A DNA stretch of 64,000 nucleotides from a candidate division WOR-3 bacterium UBA5631 (GTDB taxonomy: Bacteria; Hydrothermota; Hydrothermia; UBA1063), in contig DIJZ01000011.1 in the NCBI GenBank assembly GCA_002421425.1, forward strand, positions 2,307-66,306. The letters are read 5' to 3'. Positions 34,612 to 43,137 of this stretch are shown piece by piece. The notes beneath the pieces are model-generated. The model was not told where the DNA came from, searched no databases, and saw nothing but the letters and a program-made list of their open reading frames with translations. The stretch's first letter is position 1. Each line of letters begins with the position of its first letter. The position numbers were made by a program, and so were the translations under genes.

Positions 34612-35457
34612 ATGGAATTTGAATGCAGAGCCCCAGCAAATGTAGCGGATACCTTAACTAATGATGTATGCGTGAAGAAAGTCCAGTCCAGCTTCTGGCG
34701 TTTGACGATCCTGGGTATTCTTGCAGGAGTATATATTGGATTTGGGGCACAGCTGGCGACACTGGTCGGTCACGATCTTGCAAAGTTCGCAGGAGTGGGT
34801 TTTGCGAGATTTGTGCAGGGTGCAGTGTTCTCTGTGGGACTGATGCTTGTGGTAATAGCAGGTGCTGAATTATTTACCGGGAACAATCTAATAATGCTCT
34901 CGGTTCTTGACGGTAAAGCAAGTATAGGAAAGCTCTTTTACAACTGGGTAGTTGTATACTTTGCAAACCTCGTTGGATCAATTCTCTTAGTTGTTTTGAT
35001 GTACTGGTCAGAACTATGGAAAATGAACGGCAATCTAGTAGGTGCCTATGCTCTTGGAATTGCGAATTCAAAAGCAAGCCTTGCATTTTTGCCTGCTTTC
35101 GCTCGCGGGATTTTGTGTAACTGGCTTGTTTGTCTTGCAGTATGGATGGCTATTGCTTCAAGAGATATTACTGGTAAGATTTTTGCAATTTTCTTCCCGA
35201 TAATGGCCTTCGTTGCTTCTGGTTTTGAGCACTCAGTCGCAAATATGTACTTCATCCCCATGGGCATCTTTCTCAAGAGTATTCCTGCCGTCGTTGAAGC
35301 TGCTGGTGTTCCAGATCTTACAAACCTTACGTGGTATGGATTTTTCGTGAGAAATTTAATACCTGTAACCCTTGGAAACATTGTTGGTGGAGCAGGCTTT
35401 GTGGCATCTCTATACTGGATTGTCTATGTCCACATGCCAAAGAAAAAGCAATCATAG
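34612..35457 (+). CDS. focA: formate/nitrite transporter family channel
   Basis: 281 aa, six TM segments. Motifs AGAELFTGN and GFEHSVANMY are FNT signatures. Confidence 0.85.
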   Translation: MEFECRAPANVADTLTNDVCVKKVQSSFWRLTILGILAGVYIGFGAQLATLVGHDLAKFAGVGFARFVQGAVFSVGLMLVVIAGAELFTGNNLIMLSVLDGKASIGKLFYNWVVVYFANLVGSILLVVLMYWSELWKMNGNLVGAYALGIANSKASLAFLPAFARGILCNWLVCLAVWMAIASRDITGKIFAIFFPIMAFVASGFEHSVANMYFIPMGIFLKSIPAVVEAAGVPDLTNLTWYGFFVRNLIPVTLGNIVGGAGFVASLYWIVYVHMPKKKQS

Positions 35458-36052
35458 CCTTGTTATTCTTGCAGGAGGCCAATCCAGGAGGATGGGGCAT
35501 TCCAAACCCCACCTCCTGGTAAACAACAAGAGGCTAATTGACTTAGTGAGTTTTCAGATTTCTGATTTGTTTGATGAGCTCCTTGTAGTTTTAAAGGGCG
35601 GAATGAGGGAAATAAGTCCGTATCGTTGTGTTTATGACAATTATCAGGACTATTCACCACTTTTTGGAATTTACACGGGGATTTTATACTCAAGTTCCTA
35701 CTACAATTTCATCATAGGTTGTGATATGCCCTTCGCAAGCAGGGAGCTTGTTTCTTTCATCTTAAGAGAAGCCGAAAAAAGTGCGGCAGATGTTGTAGTT
35801 CCGGTTGTAAGAGGCTTTTATGAACCTCTCTTTGCAGTATACTCGAAGAATTGTATACCCACGATAGAAAGGAATATTAAGAATGGGGTTTTTAAGGTAA
35901 CCTCATTTTACGATGACATAAGACTGCACGTGTTAAGTGAAGAAACAATCATGAAGTATGATTCAGGTCTTCAGAGTTTTGTGAATATTAACACGAGAGA
36001 AGACCTAAGAAAAGCCTTTGCCCTTTATGATAGAGAAAAAGAAGATTATTAG
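35426..36052 (+). CDS. mobA: molybdenum cofactor guanylyltransferase
   Basis: The ATG at 35426 overlaps the end of focA. Motifs LVILAGGQSRRMGHSKPHL and IIGCDMPF. Confidence 0.8.
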   Translation: MSTCQRKSNHSLVILAGGQSRRMGHSKPHLLVNNKRLIDLVSFQISDLFDELLVVLKGGMREISPYRCVYDNYQDYSPLFGIYTGILYSSSYYNFIIGCDMPFASRELVSFILREAEKSAADVVVPVVRGFYEPLFAVYSKNCIPTIERNIKNGVFKVTSFYDDIRLHVLSEETIMKYDSGLQSFVNINTREDLRKAFALYDREKEDY

Positions 36053-36779
36053 GGTAAATAACCTCCGCCCCCAAGAAATCGAAGACTACATTTCTCAGGA
36101 AGAAATTTTTGAAATTATGTTGAATGGAAAATTGATTACAAGACAAAGCGTATCGCCGGAAGATCTGGAGGCGTGGGCGATAGGGTATTTATGGTCATCT
36201 GGGTTATTAAAAAGGGGTAGCAAATTCAGCGTTCAAAGAGAGGGTGGGAGAATCAACATAGTCGCAGACTTTTCTGATGCAGGGGGTGGGTATTTCTTCG
36301 GTACGTCGGGATGCGGTGCAGCATCCGAGAACCTATGTTTTGAAGGATTAAGAGATTTGAAAGAAGTAAATGTCTTGTATCACATTAGTAAAATTTTAGA
36401 TCTTTTCAAGAAATTCAATAGTCGTTCCAGTAATTTCAAGCTCTCCGGTTCTCTGCACTCTGCTGCACTTTGCCAAAGGTATGAGGTATCCTATTTTTCT
36501 GAAGATATTGGAAGACATAATGCAGTGGACAAAGTAATAGGCAAAGCGATGCTCAACGATGCTGAGTTTTCTTCGTTTATTTTACTTACTACGGGAAGGA
36601 TCTCAGTTGATATTGTAAAAAAAGCCATTGTAGTAGGAATTCCAGTCATTGTTTCACACTCTGGACCCACGACATTTGCAGTAAACCTTGCTGAGAGTTA
36701 TGGTGTTACTCTTATTGGGTTTCTTCGCGGACAAAGATGCAACATTTATTCCTGGGACGATAGGATTCTGATCAAGTAG
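36027..36779 (+). CDS. fdhD: formate dehydrogenase accessory sulfurtransferase FdhD
   Basis: The ATG at 36027 gives a 26-nt overlap with mobA. Motifs GTSGCGAAS (Cys loop), LHSAAL and EDIGRHNAVDKVIG. Confidence 0.85.
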   Translation: MIEKKKIIRVNNLRPQEIEDYISQEEIFEIMLNGKLITRQSVSPEDLEAWAIGYLWSSGLLKRGSKFSVQREGGRINIVADFSDAGGGYFFGTSGCGAASENLCFEGLRDLKEVNVLYHISKILDLFKKFNSRSSNFKLSGSLHSAALCQRYEVSYFSEDIGRHNAVDKVIGKAMLNDAEFSSFILLTTGRISVDIVKKAIVVGIPVIVSHSGPTTFAVNLAESYGVTLIGFLRGQRCNIYSWDDRILIK

Positions 36780-36826
36780 TTTTCCAGTTTGTTATTAATT
36801 TAACAGATATTTCAGTTTGATGCTGC

Positions 36827-36855
36827 TTGACAATGCAGAGATTGCGACATAGAAT
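36827..36855 (+). promoter_or_regulatory. sigma70-type promoter candidate
   Basis: TTGACA (36827-36832), a 17-nt spacer, then TAGAAT (36850-36855). An SD (AAGGAGG) and the ATG at 36876 follow. Confidence 0.55.
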
Positions 36856-36875
36856 TCTTATTACAAGGAGGTATT

Positions 36876-38318
36876 ATGTGGAAAGGTATATTAGTAGTAT
36901 TAGTAGTTTTTATAGCCTATAACTTAACGGGTTGCAAAGCCCATGAAGAAGAAGGTCCACAATATGAGTATGACTACCTTCTTAACGAAGAAACGGATAT
37001 AATATCACCACCTTCTGGAACTGCTAATGCATGGGTATATGTTATTGGAGGCAATGTAACGGGAACGTACTATGTTGCCCCTTGGGGTATCGATTCGAAC
37101 TCTGGCACTTTTGATGCTCCGTGGAAGACCCTTTCATATGGAGTATCCCAACTTTCACCCGGAGACACTCTTGTGGTCTTACCTGATTCAGGTAGAACAA
37201 GGCCTATAATTGCAGGAGGTAATAACCTGCGTGCTGGCATAGACCTTTCAGGAAGAAGTTACGTATGGGTCGAGAATCTTGAACTCACGCACAATGCGAA
37301 TTTAAGGGGCGAAGGAGCATATTTCAGGGACTGTGTTATCATTCTTGGTCAACCAGCTCATCATATAGTATTGAAGAATCTCTACATTCACCACATTGAC
37401 GAATACGGAATGAACATTCAGGATGTTGATTCCCTTCTGATTTCTGGCTGCAGGCTGGAATATTGCGGGTTTGGAGGGCTTGGTGGACCGCTTGGGGAAC
37501 ACGGTGGATGGAGGCATGTAACTGTAAGTCAGTGTACTCTGGCTTATGGCGGGCACTACTATCAAGGTGGGGACGGCTCTACGCGCCCCTATGACAGGCC
37601 CGATGGGTTTGGTATTGAAGTTTCCTCCGGACCAATTCTTATTGAGAGAACCATCTCCGCTCATAATTATGGAGATGGCCTTGACTCCAAGGCTGAAAAC
37701 ACTACAATTACACAATGTGTTGTGGCTAATAATTCCTGTGATGGTGTAAAACTCTGGGGTGATCATAGCAGGGTGGTCAATACTCTTATTTATGGAAGGG
37801 GTGATGGAAATAGTACCCCAACTTCCTGGGCAGCTATAGTTATTGATGAAGTGGATAAGCCAGATGCCGAATTTGAAATCATAAATTGCACTCTGGATGA
37901 TACTGTTGGGGAGAACTACTTCATTTATGTTCAGTATGAAGAAGGTTACCCCGGGATTCGACTCACTATGATTAATAATATTTTCAGTTCAAGAGGCCCA
38001 AACTCCCCGATCTTCATAAGGGGAACTTGCTCAGTTACAGCGGAGAACAACCTTTTCTATTTTCCAAATTCCCCAAGAGTTCTTGAATATGGTGATTCAA
38101 CCTATTACAACACCACTATAACAGACTTTGGAATTAGCAGTTTGTATGGGGATCCTAAATTCGTGAAAACAGCCTGGGGAATGGTGGGGGATTATCACTT
38201 GAAGAACGGGAGTCCAGCTATCGATGCAGGAACCTCTCACAACGCTCCACCTGTTGATCTGGATGGAAACGCCCGCCCTCTTGGTGGCGGATTTGATATA
38301 GGCTGCTACGAAATGTGA
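36876..38318 (+). CDS. lipoprotein with right-handed parallel beta-helix repeats
   Basis: Signal peptide and lipobox MWKGILVVLVVFIAYNLTGC. Beta-helix-type repeats (NLYIHHIDEYGMNIQD, CRLEYCGFGGLGG, NNSCDGVKLWGD). The C-terminal ...DYHLKNGSPAIDAG...DLDGNARPLGGGFDIGCYE tail is typical of this class. Confidence 0.7.
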   Translation: MWKGILVVLVVFIAYNLTGCKAHEEEGPQYEYDYLLNEETDIISPPSGTANAWVYVIGGNVTGTYYVAPWGIDSNSGTFDAPWKTLSYGVSQLSPGDTLVVLPDSGRTRPIIAGGNNLRAGIDLSGRSYVWVENLELTHNANLRGEGAYFRDCVIILGQPAHHIVLKNLYIHHIDEYGMNIQDVDSLLISGCRLEYCGFGGLGGPLGEHGGWRHVTVSQCTLAYGGHYYQGGDGSTRPYDRPDGFGIEVSSGPILIERTISAHNYGDGLDSKAENTTITQCVVANNSCDGVKLWGDHSRVVNTLIYGRGDGNSTPTSWAAIVIDEVDKPDAEFEIINCTLDDTVGENYFIYVQYEEGYPGIRLTMINNIFSSRGPNSPIFIRGTCSVTAENNLFYFPNSPRVLEYGDSTYYNTTITDFGISSLYGDPKFVKTAWGMVGDYHLKNGSPAIDAGTSHNAPPVDLDGNARPLGGGFDIGCYEM

Positions 38319-38419
38319 GCTTTTAGAAAGCAAAGACTGCTCAATTAAGGCAATAATCGTGCTCCAGAGTCAGCCATTGTATATTGTGTTCAAATTGGAA
38401 TTGAATCATGCATTTCAAT

Positions 38420-38448
38420 TTGACTTTTTTACTTTTGTATTTTATATT
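38420..38448 (+). promoter_or_regulatory. promoter candidate placed for a leaderless transcript
   Basis: TTGACT (38420-38425), a 17-nt spacer, then TATATT (38443-38448). Only 6 nt separate the -10 from the ATG at 38455, and there is no SD. Confidence 0.4.
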
Positions 38449-38454
38449 TAAAAA

Positions 38455-39363
38455 ATGCAGAAGTGGTTCCTGAAGATCAAGGTCCTCTTCCCGACGACCC
38501 GTAGAAAAGAATTTGAAATTACATTGAGGCCGTGGGCACTTAAGGCTTTGTTGTGGCTAAATTCTTTGTTTATTATTTTCTTTGTGTTCGCAATTTTCCG
38601 GTATGTGACGATTGAAATTGACAGGCATAGGGTCGCAAAACTTGAATCGGAGAACAGGGCTTTGAAAGAAGAGATTGTTTTTATGAAGAAAGAAGCTAAG
38701 GCCCTCAATAAAATGCTGAATGACCTTTTTGAGGCGAACAACAGGGTTCGCACCGCTGCGGGCCTTGATCCCGTCCCCAAGGAATTTGTACTAATGGGTA
38801 TGGGAGGTAACCTGGAGGAACTTCCTGAAGAGAAGAAGGATGAGCCTAAATATATTAGACAGGAACTGGATAGGCTAATTAATCTTGCAAAGTTTCAGCT
38901 GCAAAGTTATTCTGAGGTTTCGGAAAAGCTCGAGGAAGATGCCAGGGTTAGGGAACACACTCCTTCTATTATTCCTACTGCAGGATACTTTACTTCTGGT
39001 TTTGGGATGCGGAGAGACCCATTTACAGGAAGGCTATCGTTCCATGAGGCCATAGATATCGCTGCTCCTCAGGGGACTGCGGTAATAGCACCTGCGGCAG
39101 GTGTTGTTGTGGCTGTTAAATGGGAACAAGGGTATGGTCTTATTCTCGAGATAGACCATGGGCTGGGAATCACCACCCGATATGCACATCTCTTGAGGGC
39201 AAAAGTGTCACCAGGACAATATGTGAAGAGAGGGGACATTATTGCATATGTCGGCAATAGCGGGAGATCGACAGCTCCTCACCTTCACTATGAGGTGAGA
39301 GTGAACTCGAAACCCGTAAACCCGGTAAAATACATCATTCCCACTGGAATATACTACGATTAG
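38455..39363 (+). CDS. M23 family peptidoglycan metalloendopeptidase
   Basis: N-terminal TM helix, a coiled coil, and a LytM domain with intact metal ligands (FHEAIDIAAP, GNSGRSTAPHLHYEV). Confidence 0.85.
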   Translation: MQKWFLKIKVLFPTTRRKEFEITLRPWALKALLWLNSLFIIFFVFAIFRYVTIEIDRHRVAKLESENRALKEEIVFMKKEAKALNKMLNDLFEANNRVRTAAGLDPVPKEFVLMGMGGNLEELPEEKKDEPKYIRQELDRLINLAKFQLQSYSEVSEKLEEDARVREHTPSIIPTAGYFTSGFGMRRDPFTGRLSFHEAIDIAAPQGTAVIAPAAGVVVAVKWEQGYGLILEIDHGLGITTRYAHLLRAKVSPGQYVKRGDIIAYVGNSGRSTAPHLHYEVRVNSKPVNPVKYIIPTGIYYD

Positions 39364-39412
39364 CTTTTGAACATTCTCGTATTTTTCTTCGTCCTTACAG
39401 TATAATTAAAGC

Positions 39413-42199
39413 ATGAAAAAGTTGTGTATTTTTGTTGTTCTTGTACTTTTCCCGTTGCAGCTTTCTGGATATTCTTTCGGAAAGAACAAGTTTCAAACAA
39501 GGGATTACAACTTTAGAGTTTACGAATCAGAGCATTTTCGAATTTTCTCATATGCAGAGGATTCATTTCTTGTGAGGTTCGCAAGGGGAGTATTGGAGGA
39601 AGCTTACAGTGAATATTCTTCGGTTCTTGGCACGGGTATTGAAAGCAAAACCCCAGTAATACTGTACAACTCCCCGAAGCATTTTGGAGAAACCAATGTT
39701 ATTACTGACGTCATTGAGGAAGGTATTGGTGGGTTTACGGAAATTTTCAAGAATAGAATTGTTGTTCCCTTTGGCGGTTCTTATGAGGATTTGCGACATG
39801 TATTAAGGCATGAATTAGTGCACGCATTTCAGTACGCAATGCTAAGGAGAAACAAACGCTCAACCATTCAGAGTGTTCTCTCATCGCAAATCCCCCTTTG
39901 GTGCACTGAAGGCCTTGCAGAATATTTGTCTATTGGATGGTCTCCAGATGCCGAGAGGTATCTGAGGAACCTGATTTTAGCAGATAAATTACCCGACCTT
40001 GTTTCGTTGAATTACTATGGTGGTTACATTGTTTACAAACTTGGACAGCTTTTCTACAAGTATTTGAATGATACATATGGGAAGGAAAAGATTGGTGAGT
40101 TCTATTCTCTTCTCATATATACGAATTCTATTGATAGAGCTTTTAAGAAAGCCTTTGGCATAAGTCAAAAAGATTTCGACGCCAGACTTAAGGATTATAT
40201 AAGAAGAAACTATTACCCCGCCTTTGGACAAACAACTACCCCAACATACTTCAAAAGATACTCAAATCATGAGAAGTGGGGGAACTACTATAATGTTGCC
40301 CCTGCGCTTTCCAATGACGGAAGCCTTCTATACTATATTCAGGAAAGACGCGGGCAGTTTTATATAGTTAAGTACTCTGTAGCCACTGGAGAGAAAATCG
40401 GGACAGTCTTTAGAAGTTCTCGAATTCCAGATTTTGAGAACATACACATCTTGAGGCCATCCCTTTCTCTTAGTCTGGACAACAGGTTTCTCGTCTTTTC
40501 TGCGCAGGCTGGAGAAGGGGACAGGGTTTACATTTATGACAATATAAAAAACCGAATTGTGAAGCGCTTGAGTTTCAATGTCGATGGCATTTATACTCCT
40601 TCGATCTCCTATGATGGAAAAAAGATCGTTTTTACAGCCCTGAAAGATGGAAAAGCAGATCTTTTCCTGTGTGACTGGAAGAGAGGCGATCTATTTCAGA
40701 TCACCGACGACCCTTTTGACGACGTTGATCCGTCCTTTGATACACAGGGGAATATCATTTTCGCATCTGATAGAAACGATTCTACTTCTTCTAACAGGTT
40801 TTTCTACGGTAGTTATGCAATATTTCGATATAATGTAGAGAAGGGTGAAATAGAGAGGATCTCAGGTTATTATAAAGAATTATCTTCACCACGTGTTGTG
40901 GATGATACGGTGCTCTATTTTATTGCCAGGGATAAATACTCCTCTTTGAATCTTTATTCGCTTAATTTGGAGACGAGAGAAGTTTTTCGTATTACTGATT
41001 TGACTACAGAAATACGCTGGTTTAGTGCTGCAAAAGGCGGAAGAATCGTTGGCTCCATCCTGTATGCTAACGGCTACGATATATATGAACTGAGAAATTT
41101 GCAGAAGTTTGAAGATTTTACTACCGATGGATTTTTTGTGTTTGAAGATTCTTCTCTTCTGACATCCCGGAATTATTCTCCAAGATATAGCCTCGATTGG
41201 ATCTACGGGAGCGCCGCATATGCTTCGATAATGGGCTTTCAGGGGGAAGTAATGTTCGGTGTGTCTGATGAGCTTGGGGACCATCAGATTGCCTTTGCCT
41301 CTGACCTTTCTGGAGACCTTGTGAACTCAAACTTCGAGTTTGACTACGCATATCTTAAGAAGAGAGCAGATTTTGGAATATCTGTATACCAGTTCTGGGA
41401 CTTTGGGTACATAGCTTATGATACTCTTTTGGTATCAAGAACCAGGGGGCTGATGTTTATGCAGAGTCTTCCGTTTTCACGAACCAGGCGTACGGAGCTC
41501 GGATTGAACTTTGAGTATCAAACAAATTTCTTTTTCTGGGAGACCCCTCTTGGTAATTATATAGAACTTGAAGATCTTCAGGAAAATCGTTATCTGACTG
41601 CACTTTACGTCGCCCATGTCTTTGACAATGTTTATTATAACTATATTCAGGATCCATTGAATGGAACACGCTACTATGCGGGTCTTTTACGAAGTATACC
41701 CTTTGACCTGGATGTGGGAGTTGGAGTGGTTGACTTCAGGCACTACTACGCTTTCTCTGACTACTATATTCTTGCCCTGAGGCTTAAGTATATGCAGTCT
41801 TTCGGAAAAGATAGGATTCTCTTCACTTTTGATGGTTTTTCTGACCTCAGAGGGGTCGATTTTGCAGACCTCATTGGTGATAAGTACATGCTTCTAAATT
41901 CAGAGTTCAGGTTTCCTTTTATCAAACGCCTTAGTCTTGGATTTCCCTTGCCCATCGATATATCAGGCATTGATGGTGTGGTATTTTTTGACATGGGTAC
42001 CTGTACATCTAAACCCATCAAAGATATAAGGGTTTTCAGTGCCTTTCCGCAGCTTGGTGATTTGAGTGCAGACTTTGGTTATGGATTAAGGATATGGCTT
42101 GGTTTCGCAAAATTGAGGACAGATTTTGCATACAATACTGATTTTAGAAAAGTATATTCTCCTGTGCGCATCAAGATATCGCTTGGCTTTGATTTCTGA
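39413..42199 (+). CDS. outer-membrane protein: HExxH peptidase-like domain + PD40/TolB-like beta-propeller repeats + Omp85-type barrel
   Basis: Signal peptide MKKLCIFVVLVLFPLQLSG. RHELVHAF (HExxH at 39809-39823). PD40-like repeats (PSISYDGKKIVFTALKDGKADLFL, DDVDPSFDTQGNIIFASDRN). A C-terminal beta-barrel ends in the aromatic residue ...RIKISLGFDF. Confidence 0.65.
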   Translation: MKKLCIFVVLVLFPLQLSGYSFGKNKFQTRDYNFRVYESEHFRIFSYAEDSFLVRFARGVLEEAYSEYSSVLGTGIESKTPVILYNSPKHFGETNVITDVIEEGIGGFTEIFKNRIVVPFGGSYEDLRHVLRHELVHAFQYAMLRRNKRSTIQSVLSSQIPLWCTEGLAEYLSIGWSPDAERYLRNLILADKLPDLVSLNYYGGYIVYKLGQLFYKYLNDTYGKEKIGEFYSLLIYTNSIDRAFKKAFGISQKDFDARLKDYIRRNYYPAFGQTTTPTYFKRYSNHEKWGNYYNVAPALSNDGSLLYYIQERRGQFYIVKYSVATGEKIGTVFRSSRIPDFENIHILRPSLSLSLDNRFLVFSAQAGEGDRVYIYDNIKNRIVKRLSFNVDGIYTPSISYDGKKIVFTALKDGKADLFLCDWKRGDLFQITDDPFDDVDPSFDTQGNIIFASDRNDSTSSNRFFYGSYAIFRYNVEKGEIERISGYYKELSSPRVVDDTVLYFIARDKYSSLNLYSLNLETREVFRITDLTTEIRWFSAAKGGRIVGSILYANGYDIYELRNLQKFEDFTTDGFFVFEDSSLLTSRNYSPRYSLDWIYGSAAYASIMGFQGEVMFGVSDELGDHQIAFASDLSGDLVNSNFEFDYAYLKKRADFGISVYQFWDFGYIAYDTLLVSRTRGLMFMQSLPFSRTRRTELGLNFEYQTNFFFWETPLGNYIELEDLQENRYLTALYVAHVFDNVYYNYIQDPLNGTRYYAGLLRSIPFDLDVGVGVVDFRHYYAFSDYYILALRLKYMQSFGKDRILFTFDGFSDLRGVDFADLIGDKYMLLNSEFRFPFIKRLSLGFPLPIDISGIDGVVFFDMGTCTSKPIKDIRVFSAFPQLGDLSADFGYGLRIWLGFAKLRTDFAYNTDFRKVYSPVRIKISLGFDF

Positions 42200-42262
42200 A
42201 GCTTAATTTTCCTTGAAAGGCCAAAATTTTAAGTTTATCATTAAGCAAAAGGGAGGATCAAA

Positions 42263-42610
42263 ATGGTGACTTTATGGATTGGATTGGTTATTTTTATCCC
42301 GAGTCTGCTCTTAGCTCAGCAGACTCCGGCTGGCGGTTCAAGCTTTCTTGTATCACTTCTACCCCTGATTTTGATATTCGTTATTTTTTACGTAATTCTT
42401 ATACTTCCTCAATCAAGGTACGAAAAGAAGCGGAAAGAGATGCTCGCTGCGTTGAAAAAAGGTGACAAGGTATCAACTACAGGTGGAATTATTGGTGTAA
42501 TTCAGAAGATTGAAGAGAATATTGTGACGCTGAAAATTGCAGAGAACGTGAATATCAAGGTAGAAAAGCAGGCCATTAAGGGCGTGCTGGAAAAGGGTGA
42601 GGAAGAGTAG
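42263..42610 (+). CDS. yajC: preprotein translocase subunit YajC
   Basis: LPLILIFVIFYVILILPQSRYEKKRKEMLAALKKGDKVSTTGGIIGVI is the YajC signature. The SD GGGAGG lies upstream. Confidence 0.85.
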   Translation: MVTLWIGLVIFIPSLLLAQQTPAGGSSFLVSLLPLILIFVIFYVILILPQSRYEKKRKEMLAALKKGDKVSTTGGIIGVIQKIEENIVTLKIAENVNIKVEKQAIKGVLEKGEEE

Positions 42611-42612
42611 AG

Positions 42613-43137
42613 TTGGTAAAGCCCATAAGAATAATTGATGACCCTGTGCTTCGTGAGAAGGCACAGGAGGTTGATTTTTCTGATTCTACGGGAGTTGCTT
42701 TAATTGCAAGGGATCTAATAGATACCCTCACTGCTCAGGGTGGTCTTGGTCTTGCAGGAAATCAGATAGGAATTCCCAAGAGAATTTTCGTTATAAATGC
42801 GAAAGAACTCGAATTTGGAGATACATACAGAGTATTTCTGAATCCAAAAATAAGGTTTGTGGAAGGCCTTTCAGTGGATGAGGAGGGTTGCCTATCGATA
42901 CCCGGGTTATATGCAGATATTGGAAGGCCAGATCATCTTGAGATGGATGCAGTTGAACTTAAGCCAAATGGTAAGTTTAAGGATGTGAAAATTAAAGCTG
43001 ATGGTTTTATGGCGAGGGTTTTCCTGCATGAAGTAGATCATCTTGACGGCGTTCTTTTTGTAGATTACCTCGAGGAAGATGCCAGGCGAATTCTTCTTGC
43101 TAAATGGAGGAATGAGTACAATAAGTTTTCATTATAA
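42613..43137 (+). CDS. def: peptide deformylase
   Basis: Motifs GLAGNQIG, EGCLSIPG and HEVDHLDG. TTG start. Confidence 0.9.
   Translation: MVKPIRIIDDPVLREKAQEVDFSDSTGVALIARDLIDTLTAQGGLGLAGNQIGIPKRIFVINAKELEFGDTYRVFLNPKIRFVEGLSVDEEGCLSIPGLYADIGRPDHLEMDAVELKPNGKFKDVKIKADGFMARVFLHEVDHLDGVLFVDYLEEDARRILLAKWRNEYNKFSL

Noticed and set aside
37302-37766. 154-aa minus-strand ORF inside the beta-helix lipoprotein gene
   Set aside because: It is antisense to a gene with a lipobox and clear beta-helix repeats, and has no start context.
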